Shown: in pieces, positions 11,305 through 23,298 of the stretch
Position numbering within the stretch: the stretch's first letter is position 1
How the letters are laid out: each line of letters starts with the position of its first letter
From: Negaprion brevirostris
Lineage: Eukaryota
Reading direction: 5' to 3'
Length of the DNA stretch: 64,000 bases
NCBI GenBank assembly: GCA_030324005.1
Contig: JARDVH010000149.1
Coordinates: 24,111,561-24,175,560 of the forward strand
The notes under the pieces: generated by a model
Told to the model about the DNA's origin: nothing
Seen by the model: only the letters and a program-made list of their open reading frames with translations
Database searches by the model: none
Position numbers and translations under genes: made by a program

Positions 11305-12190
11305 TTAAGCCCATTCTCATCCCCGTTCTCTGCTTTTTCCCCATAACTCCTGATCTCCTTATTAAACAAGAATCTATCTATCTGTCTTAAAGATACTCAA
11401 TGACCTGGCCTCTCAGCCTTCAGTGGCAAAAAGTTCCTCAGATTCATCACACTCTGCCTGAAGAAATTCTTCCTCATCTGTTTTAAAGGATTGTCCTTTT
11501 AGTCTGAGGTTGTGCCCAGATGTTCTAGTTTTTCCTACTAGTGGAAACATCTTCTCCACATCCATTCTATTCAGACCTCACAGTGTTCTGTATGTTTCAC
11601 TTAGAGCCCCCCCCCCTTTATCTGATTTCCTAAGCATTTCCCCATTTAGAAAATAGTCTGTGCCTCCATTCCCCCTTCCAGAGTGCATAACCTNNNNNNN
11701 NNNNNNNNNNNNNNNNNNNNNNNNNNNNNNNNNNNNNNNNNNNNNNNNNNNNNNNNNNNNNNNNNNNNNNNNNNNNNNNNNNNNNNNNNNNNNTCTCTCT
11801 ACATATCTTTGTGTCATCTGCAAACTCAGCAACAGTGCCAACAGTTCCTTCTTCCAAATCATTAATGTATATAGTGAAAAGTTGTCCCGGCACGAACACG
11901 AGGCACACCACTAGTCACTAGCTGCCATCCTGAAAAAGACCCTTTTATCCTCACTGTGCCTTCTGCCAGTCAGCCAATCCTGTATCCATGCCAGGATTCT
12001 ATCCTTAACACCATGGGCTCTTATTTAAAAGTCTCCTACACAGCATCTTGTCAAAGGCCTTCTGAAAATCTAAATAAATCATGCCCACTTGTTCTCCTTT
12101 ATCTAAGTTCCTTGTTGCCTCCTCAAAGATCTCTAACAGATTTGTCAGACATGACTTCACCTTGATGGTCCTTTTTTAATCATGCACTTC
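11305..12190 (-). mobile_element. CR1 LINE RT/3' fragment (antisense)
   Basis: Minus-strand ORF PGQLFTIYINDLEEGTVGTVAEFADDTKIC (RT ADD motif). Confidence 0.85.
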
Positions 12191-13214
12191 CAAGTATGCC
12201 ACGTTCTCATCTTTAATTTTAACAGGCCATTTTCAACTCAGATCTTCAACATTCTTGAATTATGGCCAGTTTTTAAAATCGTTGCATCATCGGTGGCTAC
12301 CTTGGTCCCAAGTTCTCAAATCCCCTCCCTAAACCTTACTGCCTCACTCCTCAAAACCTCCTTTTTTTTTAAATGACCAAACTTTTCTTCATCTTTCCTT
12401 GTGGGAAATTTTTTTTGATAAAGCTTGAGGTGTTAAAGGCACTATATAAATGTACGTTGTTGCTGCTTGGCTCCATTTTTGAACAGAAGCACTCAAATGA
12501 TTCATTGAGAGATTTATACCCCCACCTGTGTTACCAAAGTCAGTGAATGAGAGAAAATAACATCCCAATGTATTTTAAAGTTTTGCAATAGAATAGGAAA
12601 ATTAAGTTCCTGAAGTTCACATTGTATATGTCAAAGTTTTCTTTTACTCAATTGATAACATCCATGATGCAATCTGTAAATTGGTTGTTTCATAATCTGT
12701 CTGCTCAAAATATGAACCAGCCTACAATGAAGTGATACAATCTACATTGTATGATAATTGTGAAAGAGAAACAAGTTAATTTTTTCCAAAAAAAATCTTA
12801 TACTGAAGACTATAAATGCCAGGTATCTGAAGAGCATAATCAAAATATGAAGTCCAGCATTTGTGATTAAAAAGCTGCCAGATAAGCATTTAAAGTTTTT
12901 TTTAAATTGAAATGCATTTTGGAGTTTTCATTTTTAAACATAAAGGTGCACATTGTATAACATTAGCACAAAAGTCTGCTCGTTTTCATTCATCCAAATA
13001 CTGGTGTTTTATGCCGACATACAAGACAAGAATTTCAAAATTGTTTGCTTCCTTCTACCTAACAGGAATAAGCATTCCTGATGCTACAGTGCTTGTTCTC
13101 CCCCCAACAAAAAGTGTTCATTAATTGATCTGAACAAAATAAAGGTTTTCTTAACCTTTCATTTCCCCTATTTAGTGGCACATTTACATCTGAAATGTAC
13201 CTTTTGTTTTACAG

Positions 13215-14030
13215 ATGCTGATGAACCTGGTTTGTGACATTTTACATTTCCCTTTCATTTTCCAGTAACTAGTTTTTTTTTAAAAAGAATAATGTTTGTT
13301 TGTAGTTTTAGTATCAAGTTTTACTTAATTAAATACTAAACCAAACTTGTCTTTATCTTTCATATTCTTAGGGTATCTAAGTATTTCATAGTCAAATGTA
13401 ACAGCAACTATGCTTCAGAGTAGTGCATAATGCAATCACAATTATCATCAGCATTTCTGTTTCTGTGACAGGCTTCATTTCAGTTCAATTGTGTCCAATA
13501 TGCATCGACCACTGTTCCTTCCATCTCCTTGCAAGATGTAACAATTTCGTTTTCTTGCAACCATCAGTATTTTGTTAAACAAAGGATTTGTAATGGATAT
13601 GAGCAACAAAACATTCAATATAGAACGCTAACTTGAAAAGCCTGTTATTCAAAACTTGAATGTTATCCACTTGAATGTTATTCAAGTTTTCAGTTCTCGA
13701 TAAACCTCAAACTTCATTCTGCTAAAATTTCTTAAAAACAAAGCCACAGACAGGGAACCAGAAATAAATGGTTTTTATGGTGTACAACTTTAAGATTTTC
13801 CACTTCTGTAGCTTTGCTATCTTTCAGTGCATTTAAATCATCAACCGGATACCAAACATTGGGAATAACATACAGCAGTGGGTTTTACAGCTGTGATGTG
13901 CAACTTAAACTTTCACTTTCAAATTAAACTAAATGAAAATCTAGTCTTATTTATATCAGTTTTATTTGTATATAGCAGGCATGTTAATTTTTAAAAAATG
14001 CTACTTAAATAAAGTATCACATGAGCACAG
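13215..14030 (+). other. Candidate 3'UTR exon of the unnamed zinc-finger gene
   Basis: Strong acceptor ccttttgttttacag| at 13214, U-rich repeat-free sequence, AATAAA at 13763 and 14008. Would pair with the donor at 10912/10913. No transcript evidence. Confidence 0.35.
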
Positions 14031-14539
14031 CTGAATTTAATGACTAACAGCTTGTAAAATAACAAAGGAGTGTGTGGACATCTTCATACAAAATGCCCTT
14101 GTGTGGAACAGAAGCAGTCCTCTGTCATTTGTATTTTATTACCTCTCCTATTCCAATTAACCTGTTCAAAACATGTTTTCCAAGTTTTAAGTTGCTGGTT
14201 CATTTTAATAACCAAGAAAGCTTAATGCACCTTTCAGACCAATATTTCTAAATTAACCGCAAAGAAAATTCCCACGAACAATGTGCATATTTGAACAGTG
14301 GCTTTGCATTTTATAGCAATCAGGAGATAGAGGGAAATTACATTTTTGTTGCAAAACTGGAGTATGCCTTATACAAAGAAAATGGAGTAGAGACAGCACA
14401 AGAAACTCAGCTTCAGATAATGTCATGAAGATTAATATAGCAGCAACAATTTANNNNNNNNNNNNNNNNNNNCTAACATTTTTAACAGCATCACGTGCAA
14501 GAGAACACTACTGTTTTAGATGCAGCACATTTTAATTTT

Positions 14540-15200
14540 TTTGATTAAAAAGAGATCAACACCCCCTCTTGGCCCCCGTGATTAATTGTACAACAAAGCA
14601 GTTTTATTGTATTCTAGCACTATGACAAGATCCTAGTATAAAATAGCATTGCTGGGTGTTTTAGTTTGCACTGAGCAGCAGAATGATGTTTAATACTGTT
14701 TCTAGTGAGGTAAATATACAGCATTTTGGAAACAAACAAGACTGCATAATCCTACCCTCTAATTCATTAGCAGATAAAATGCGAGTCACACCAAAAGACA
14801 ATGACATGAAATTACATCTATTCAAGACAATTTTACATCACTAATTGAAATTAGCAATACATAACAGTAAGGAAAAGGGATAATGGAGCAAAACTACTCC
14901 TTAATCCATATCATTCTGTTAATGACAAATAATTACAGAATTAGGAACTGCCTCTTTATTAATGATGCAGGGATGAAGTGCACTGTTTGATGAACAAATT
15001 TCCTGTGATGTTCTTTTGTGGTTCATCATTAAAAGCAATGCACTAATTGAAAGATGCATAAATGTACCTGTGTTCAAAAGGCTGAACTAGTACCTGCATT
15101 GAGTGGGTTGGTACAGTGCTGCTGGGGCTGAAATCCTTGCTGCTTTGTGGCTGTGATTAATCCCTAAACACATGCTGATAAATTCAAAAAAATACTGGTT
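14540..15200. promoter_or_regulatory. Candidate conserved non-coding element / enhancer
   Basis: Repeat-free and dense in TAAT/ATTA homeodomain cores (attaattg, taattcattag, ctaattga x2, taattac) plus acaaag/acaatg Sox-like sites. Composition only; conservation not tested. Confidence 0.4.
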
Positions 15201-16544
15201 TCACCAATTTAAAAAAAAGTCTTGCTGTATTGTAGTTAACATTATTAAAAGTCAGTGAACTGATGCTTCCAACATTTGACAATTCAAGAAATCTGTCTGG
15301 TCAACAGTTATAGCTGGGCACAAAGCACAGGAAAATCAAACAGTTGGGATTGCAATTTTTTTTGGCTTGGATGGTAGAAAAATAACCTAATGAGGCACTA
15401 TTATTGTGGGTTCATTTTGGATGAATACCTTGTCTTAGGTGTGTCAACCACATGAGTGTCTTGGATTTATAGAGCAGTGCTGCTCAGATAAAGAAAATCA
15501 GTGAACTATGAAAAGTTGCAGGTGATCTTAACTAACTAGGGTCGTCAGGCTGTGGATTTTCTGGCTGTTTTGGACAGCAGCCAAAAGACTCGAGTTGGGA
15601 GGCATAAATATTCCTGCAGGCATCTCGGGGCCTACAAGAGCAGTGGACTTTACGCCTTTGCTTCCAGGCACAAAGGGAACGCATGAACGAAGGAGGCCTA
15701 TTAAAATGATCTCTATATAGAGATATAGGCCAGTGGCTTATATTTCAAGTGGCCTTGATCTAATATCTGGGTGGGCAGAAGGAGACTGGCTAGAAATATG
15801 TTAACTATTAGTTCAGTTTATTGTTGTTGTCAAGGGGGATGGAGGACACAGGAGGAGATGGTATAATTGTTAGAGATATGTTAGTGGTGAACCTTCAGTA
15901 AAAAATTTTTAAATTCAAATATGGTAAGACTGATGCTTGAACTGTTAAGTAAAACAGAGTTAATATTTAACAAGTGTAGTTTCACGAATTGCTACAAGGT
16001 GAAATGTTTCTGATAATTTAGAAAAAGGTTAAGTTAAAATTAATTATGTACACTAGCAGCATACATTTGATACTTCAAATAATGGAATTTCAATTATGCC
16101 AACCACATCAGCTGTATTTTAACAACAAATTTTGTTCCATATCAGGGTTCCATTTTATTTGTATTGTTTTTCAAAATGCTAAATGAAATTGAGGTAGAGA
16201 TTTTTATGTTTTCAAATCCAGTTCCAATGCTGAACTGTAAATGCAAAGATGTTTCAAACGTCATTCATGCAAATTTTATAAAATTTACACAGTTTAACTA
16301 CAGTCTGCATTGTCATAATTTGGATAATAAATGAGGATAACAACTAAATNNNNNNNNNNNNNNNNNNNNNNNNNNNNNNNNNNNNNNNNNNNNNNNNNNN
16401 TTTTTTTTTACACTAAACAGGCAGTTTAATTAGATGATTTCACCAACAGTTGTAAGGGGCTGCAGAAAAGCTGAGCTCATCATAACAATTTTTTATTCCT
16501 TGTCTCAATTTTGAAGTTATTTAAGGATGAATTTAAAGACAAAG

Positions 16545-16830
16545 TATAAACAGATGTTGGAAATTCTGTATTCACTATTTCAGGCTAATGAACTTTTGTC
16601 AGAATTGTGCTGATGAAATGTCATCAACCTTATATGTTAACTTTGTTTTTCTCTCCACATTGCCTGACCTGCTGAGTATTCAGAATAAAATAAGCAAAAT
16701 ACTGCAGATGCTGGAATCTGAAACAAGAGCAGGGAATGCTGGAAAAACTCAGCAGGTTTGACAGCACCTGTAGGGAGAGAAAACAGAATTAATGTTTTAA
16801 ATCTGTTTGACTCTTCATAACTGTATTTAG
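16545..16830. mobile_element. Penelope-like terminal repeat remnants in inverted arrangement
   Basis: ttttctctccacattgcctgacctgctgagt versus actcagcaggtttgacagcacctgtagggagagaaaa form an imperfect inverted pair; related text at about 28600-28670. Confidence 0.55.
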
Positions 16831-17325
16831 AACTTTTTTTATATCATGTATAATTTTTGGACAGTGGCCTCCTTTGTCGCAACTTCCAGATATTTGTTAC
16901 TACTTAGTGTTGCTGTCAGCCGCTTCTGTCCTAGTCAGAAAATTGAGTGTTCAAGCCCCATTTCAAAGACTTGAGAACAAAACCCATGTTAATACTACAA
17001 CAGTTGTTATTTTTCAGGTAGCTACTAAATGATCTCATCACTTTACACTATCTAATAACGTTGTTCTATTTAACATTGTTTGTTTAACATTGGTCAATTA
17101 ATGGGGTCTATATTCTCTTTCAACATTGAGGTTCATTTTGAAGTTGTTCCCTGCTGGTCTGATCCAGGGCTGAGACACCAATCGGCACCATTTTGGAGCA
17201 ACCTCTCCTGCTCCCTTATTCACCCTCTTGCTGCTGACAGTCTGACTTGCAGTCTCTGCCACTTCCAGATTCACCCTTTCGCTGATCTTTGCTCTCACTG
17301 AATCATGGGCAGCACAGTGGCTAGC

Positions 17326-17563
17326 ACTGCTGCCTTACAGCGTCAGGGACATGGGTTCAATTCCTGGCTTGGGTTGCTGTCTGTGTGGAGTTTGCACGTT
17401 CTCTCTGTGTCTGCGTGGGTTTCCTCCAGATGCTCTAGTTTAGTTTCTTCCCATAGTCTGGTAAGGTACACTGACCCCTACAGGTGTCGAATTGTGGCAA
17501 CTAGGGGAATATCACAGCAACCTAATTGTAGTATTAATGTAAGTCTTGTGATTAATAAATAAA
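17326..17563 (+). mobile_element. tRNA-derived SINE
   Basis: ggcagcacagtggctagcactgctgcc...gggttcaattcc...ggagtttgcacgttctc; tail attaataaataaa. Confidence 0.85.
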
Positions 17564-18629
17564 AATCCCCCCCATACTTCCTGGACATGCATTCCTGTTC
17601 AAGGTCAAATGTTATATGAAGCTGGAGCTTTCGGTTGGGATGGTTCAAATTTGCTAAGTTAGATTGTCCATCTTGCCACTTTCCTCTCCTGACCCCTCAC
17701 TGTGAGCATGGGCTGTGCAGTGGAGCAGTGAGAGGCAGGATGGAGTGTTGTTAGTTAAAGCTCACAATAGGTGCCCCGTACAAGAAAGCGGCAAGCAGGA
17801 GGGTTGGGGAATGGGAGGCTTGACAACAGCATGGGTTGGTGAGAGTGTACGTCAGGGAGCAGGCAAGTACACACACTGGAGGGTCAGCAACATGAAGGTG
17901 GGTTAGGGAACAAGAGAGGCCACAAAGCAGACAGTTGGCTAGAGGAAGATTCTGCAGCAACCAAGAGAACCAGAGAGCAGAATGTATGGCAAGTGGGAGA
18001 TTTACCATATTTCTTTCATACACCATTTTAAAATGTATTTATTTTAAATTATTTCATTTACCTATCTAGGAATTTAGCAATGTAAAGCATTTCAACTTGC
18101 AGGGTATAATTTTTTTCTGATTAGCAAGATCCTACAGCATTTACATTGGTTTTAATGAGAAAATGTGATTATCTTAANNNNNNNNNNNNNNNNNNNNNNN
18201 NNNNNNNNNNNNNNNNNNNNNNNNNNNNNNNNNNNNNNNNNNNNNNNNNNNNNNNNNNNNNNNNNNNNNNNNNNNNNNNNNNNNNNNNNNNNNNNNNNNN
18301 NNNNNNNNNNNNNNNNNNNNNNNNNNNNNNNNNNNNNNNNNNNNNNNNNNNNNNNNNNNNNNNNNNNNNNNNNNNNNNNNNNNNNNNNNNNNNNNNNNNN
18401 NNNNNNNNNNNNNNNNNNNNNNNNNNNNNNNNNNNNNNNNNNNNNNNNNNNNNNNNNNNNNNNNNNNNNGGCATTAAGACATTTACTGTAACAAAAAGCA
18501 ACACCGATGAAACATTATTTAGTAGGCAACTGATATCCAAAACTACAAAAAAGAGAGAAAATTTCTGTAATCAGTATTTTAACACGATCGATAACCCAGA
18601 CCACATTTACTTCATGGCATGCCGTCCGT

Positions 18630-18790
18630 AGAAACAGTCCAAAAATGTGCAGGTCAGATTGATTGGCCATGGTAAGTTGCCACTTAGTGTCAGGGGGACT
18701 AGCAGATTCATGGGGCTAAGGGCTGGGTGGGATTGTGGTCTGAATGAGCCGAATGGCCTCCTTCTGCACTGTAGGGATTCTACGAGTTCC
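18630..18790 (+). mobile_element. SINE 3' half with CR1-derived tail
   Basis: cagtccaaaaatgtgcaggtcagattgattggccatg...gagccgaatggcctccttctgcactgtagggattcta. Confidence 0.75.
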
Positions 18791-20059
18791 ATGAATGCAA
18801 AGTAACTTCCAGCTTTCCACAGGTTCACTGCTCCCTATCACCAAATCACAAGGCTCAGCATCTCCCAAAAACCATTTCTTTGTCTTCTGAGAAACCCCAC
18901 ACCTATCTCCAGCAACATGGCTTACCTGATGATTCCTTGCCTAGGCCATGCCAGAACAAATCTTTTGAGTTCTTAAATTCCTGCTGGTTCCTCTCCCTGA
19001 TGAGGGGACCAGCTGCCAATAGCATTCTGCCTGGTGGCTAAAGAACAGCCTTTGCCTTGTAACTTCTGTTTGTCCCTCCACCCCCCTCCCCATTTTGTGT
19101 TCACAGTTTCAGATATAAAGCTTATAAATAACAAGGAACATCTGTTTCTGTCTTTCTGTTCGGGTGTTAAGTCTGGCATATGCATTGTGAAATCACTTAA
19201 ACTGGGTGCCCCAATCCCCATGGTAACTGGGCCACATCATAGGAATCTCTTCATTATGTTATTTTACTTTAAATTTAAAACATAAACTTATCTCTCAAAA
19301 TCACACATTCCTAACAAAAGTGACTACACTTCAAAGTAATTAATTGCTGTAAAGCACTTTGGGGCATCAAAGTTGTAAAAGGAAAAATCTAAATGGAAGA
19401 TTTTTAAAATAATGTCTTGAATTTTTCCCTTTTGACAACTTCAAAACTGCAGACAGTAAAATTAGGATTTAGCAAAATCCTAATCTTATGGCCCTGCCCC
19501 CATACCAAGCAGAGGTTTTCCTCATCTTAATACTGAGTAAAAAATAAATAAAAGTTCTTTGTTTAAAACAATCTTATATCAAAAGAATGAAGAGCAAGTT
19601 CCTCTATATCAATAGAATTAAGCAGTAATGTTCCATTCACAAAAAAATGGTTTTTACATAATAAAACTAAACTATAAAAACTCAAGAGCAAGCTGTAATA
19701 TCTCAATTTATTGTATTTCTTGGAACAAGAAAATGCTAACCTTTTTAGCTAACAAAAAGCTTGGTAACAAAACAAACTTCCACAAAAGAATGACAGATTA
19801 ATTTTAGGCTTCAGAAGGGTTTTTATGATGAGAAGTTTAAAGGAGGACTCAATTGTGGGTGGGAGGTGGGCAAGGAAAGAGAGGATCTCTTTAAAATTAT
19901 AAATTGTTTTACAGATAAATAATGATAGACTCTACTGGTGAGATAGTAACACGAATGCACAAATATATGACCAGGAACATCTGGAGATGGAAAATATATT
20001 TAAAATTAGGTTGAGTTTAACCAAACTCATTTGAATTATTTGAATAGCATTAAGAGCAG

Positions 20060-21065
20060 ACCAAGGCAGTGCAACAGATGTGTTATACAAGGACTTTCAG
20101 AAAGCCTTCAATTAGAAGCCAAATGGGGACTCATGACAGTTTATGTCCCACGGGAGCAGAAACTGGGTGCTAGAATCAATTCAAAGGTGACTACAACAAA
20201 AGCGAAGAGTAGGTGTTAGAGCTATAATGATACAGTACCCTGCATGATCACCAGGGGTCCCAAAGCACTTTACAGCCAAAAACCTGCTTTTGATGTATAG
20301 TCACTAATAATGCAGAAAAAATAAGCAACTTCTCTCAGACTGACAAAGTGGATGTGCTTTCAGAAGGGATCTGTGCTGGGAACATTGTTGCTTATAATAT
20401 ACATAAATTATTTGAATTCAGAAATGAGACATGGTATTGTAATTTGCAAATGAGATACTAAATTATGGGTACAGCTAGTCACAATACGGAATAAGCAACA
20501 AACTACAGGAAGACAAACAATTGCAAAATGAGTGGCGAGACAAATTGCATTTAATAGTTAGGTGGTTCAATTTGGCGGGAGAAATAAGGATATAATTTCC
20601 TCGGAAGGCAAAAAAATTAATTTGGAGCAGAGATGTGGGAATAAAGATATACAAATCACAATAAAGAAGGCATACAAGCTAAACTTCTGATCTGTATTGT
20701 GTATTGTGGAAAATTGAGTACAATGATGTTCATTCCTTTGGAGAAAAGTAACTTAAACCATTTGTTTAGGGCATAGTAATGACTAATGTCAGATTATTAA
20801 ATTAAGGGCTTTGATGCGATAAAAGCATGTAAGGAGTGCAAACAATAGCATGGAGAATTGGGCTGCATGACATGCTTCCATGCTGCACTATCAAAGAATA
20901 ATGGTGAAGCAGAGTCTTAACTCTCTTCAATGAATAAGATTGTTGCATGAAAGAAAGGAATTGTAAAAACTTTGGGAGCTAAGGTGGTTCACGTGGAGAC
21001 TAACGTGCAAAATTCACGTGACAAATGACCTGTTTCTGAGAAATAACATCCTCTAATCCTATGAA
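20060..21065 (+). mobile_element. Ancient CR1 LINE remnant
   Basis: gactttcagaaagccttc (DFQKAF) and cagaagggatctgtgctggga (decayed QGSVLG); highly eroded. Confidence 0.55.
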
Positions 21066-22374
21066 AATCTCAAATGAATAGATATTGACTTTCCTGGGTG
21101 AAACTCTCAGTTTTAAATATATACATTCAGAAGTCTAATAAAACTACCAGCATCATGCAACATCAAAGTATATCTAAAATACTTATTCAGCAATGTCACC
21201 ATTGCATACTTACCTGTGTTATTCTCAAAATAAGTGTGGTCAATCAGCAATTTTACAGATATTACAAATATTTGTGACTTCTGCACACTTGACGATCGCA
21301 CGTTGCCATTTACATTCAGGTACCATTCCAAACTTGAAAATAAACTATTCAACTTTCCTACTAAAATTCTCAGCCACAAAGGGAAATACCAACTTTGGAT
21401 TAGACACAAAAGATGCAAGGTAAAAACAGCTGCACTGGACAAATGAGATACATTGAAAAATGCCCACAATTTACAGACTTGCAACTTACCAAGTTAGGGC
21501 AAAGGCTGACTGTAAATCAAAAGTGACCTCAGCATTATTGTGTAATGCCAGCAAATGAATGGCATTTCATTAAGACAATGCAGCAACTGTACAAAGTAAA
21601 ATACTTTGTTAACAACAGGTTTTATCATCCGAAATGCAAATTAAAATTCTCAAATGTCTTTGTGCTGAGCCTCCAGGACTGACTTTTCAATCATATGTAT
21701 GTAACACACTGATTTGTATGACGTGGCTCACATAAGACATCACTGTAAATCAACAACTCATAATTGCAGACAGAATGGGTTTCACTTAGTTTGGTGGAAG
21801 TGAGATCAGTGACAATATTTCATACATTGATTCACTAAAGAAATCACCGAGTAGATTGTCCAAGTAGTATATTTTCTCTTTGAGCAAAATCTGCAAATTA
21901 GCATTTTGAAAGGAGAGAAGGTTATCCAGTTGCCCTTCAATGCAGAAGCTGGATATGGTAACCAGAAACATGCACTCTTTTGACTATGCATATTTTCCTG
22001 CCCTTCTCCTATTTAGCTCTCCCATTTTTAGACTTCGCTGGTGAAGGGACAGGTTGCCCCAGATCTTTGTTAGCATCACTCTAGTTACAGACACTGGTAA
22101 TTTGCTTTCCAGTCCTCCAACCACCAAGCCCCACTCCATCTTTGCATCTGTACAAAATGCTTAATCTCTATTTAGTACTTAGTTATCAAAGAGTGTACAG
22201 GATCAGGAATTCCTCACACTGAGAATCTTGTCCTCCCATTCAGTGGCACAATGCTGGAGTCCTCTCCAGTTGCATCAGTACGTTAAGCTTTTACATATCA
22301 TTTTAGTAAAAACTTCTAAAGTATAACTTTAATTTTAGAACAAACTGGCTGATGTATCAAATAGTAATAAGCAG

Positions 22375-22481
22375 GGGGCGGCACTGTAGCACAGTGGTTA
22401 GCGCTGCTGCTTCACAGCTCCAGGGACCTGGGTTTGATTCTTGGCTTGGGTCACTGTCTGTGTGGACTTTGCACATTCTCC
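22375..22481 (+). mobile_element. SINE 5' fragment
   Basis: gggcggcactgtagcacagtggttagcgctgctgcttcacagctccagggacctgggtttgattc (A/B boxes). Confidence 0.85.
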
Positions 22482-23277
22482 TGGCTGGAGAATAGGCTGG
22501 ATTCAAGAATACGCAATATTTTGTATATAAAACTATATTATTTCTTACTGTGACCAAATTACATATTAAATTTTCAGTCTTTGAAATACTTCAATAAGGT
22601 AATCTTTGACTTGATTAAAATTTGTACATATCTTTAATTTAAAAATCCTACAAAGCTCAATTACCATCATTTCACCATGTCAACTTGTATCCAGATACAG
22701 ACCTAAATCTAGACAAGTACTGAAATGACCACCAGTAAGAAGTAAACTTTTTTTAAAATACCAATGTTAATTTAATAAAAATATGAAAGAAAGCAACAAA
22801 TGAAGACAATCAAATGGATTAACAATTTATAGATGTGGTAACATTTATAATTGCATAAAACCTGATTATATATCTCAGAAGAGGATACAAAATACTGTAA
22901 AAACTGTTAAAAGTATTACACAAACTGAAAGTAATAAAATAGGCAACAGTCATCAAGCCTGGATGACGAGATCTGCTGTCAAAAAAATTGCTGATCAAGA
23001 CATTATTTTTGACACAATACTGGATATGGCATATGCTCAGATCTTATTTGAAAGCCTCTACTGATGCCCTCCAATGTCACATCAGATAACGTAACTAGTG
23101 TTTTAGAGATCCGAACACAATGTTTATATAACAGGCATATGAAGATAAGTTTCCATACGAAGGTGTATAAAGCAACCATTTTTTAAAAAAAATTGTTACA
23201 GGTCTCAACAAAATCAAACATATACATCTAAAGGCCCAGTGAAAGAATATTACCTTAACATATCAGTCCAATTTCTA

Positions 23278-23298
23278 ACACACACACACACACACACA
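23278..23298. repeat. (CA)n microsatellite
   Basis: About 10 CA units. Confidence 0.9.

Noticed and set aside
15709-15724. 16-bp palindrome atctctatatagagat
   Set aside because: Short, low-complexity and inside a probable repeat; no functional support.
18146-18631. Long ORFs made mostly of X (also 30335-30901 and 58983-59853)
   Set aside because: Artifacts of N runs lacking stop codons.
22375-22445. tRNA-like A/B-box sequences
   Set aside because: They continue into the SINE core and do not complete a cloverleaf; they are SINE heads, not tRNA genes.
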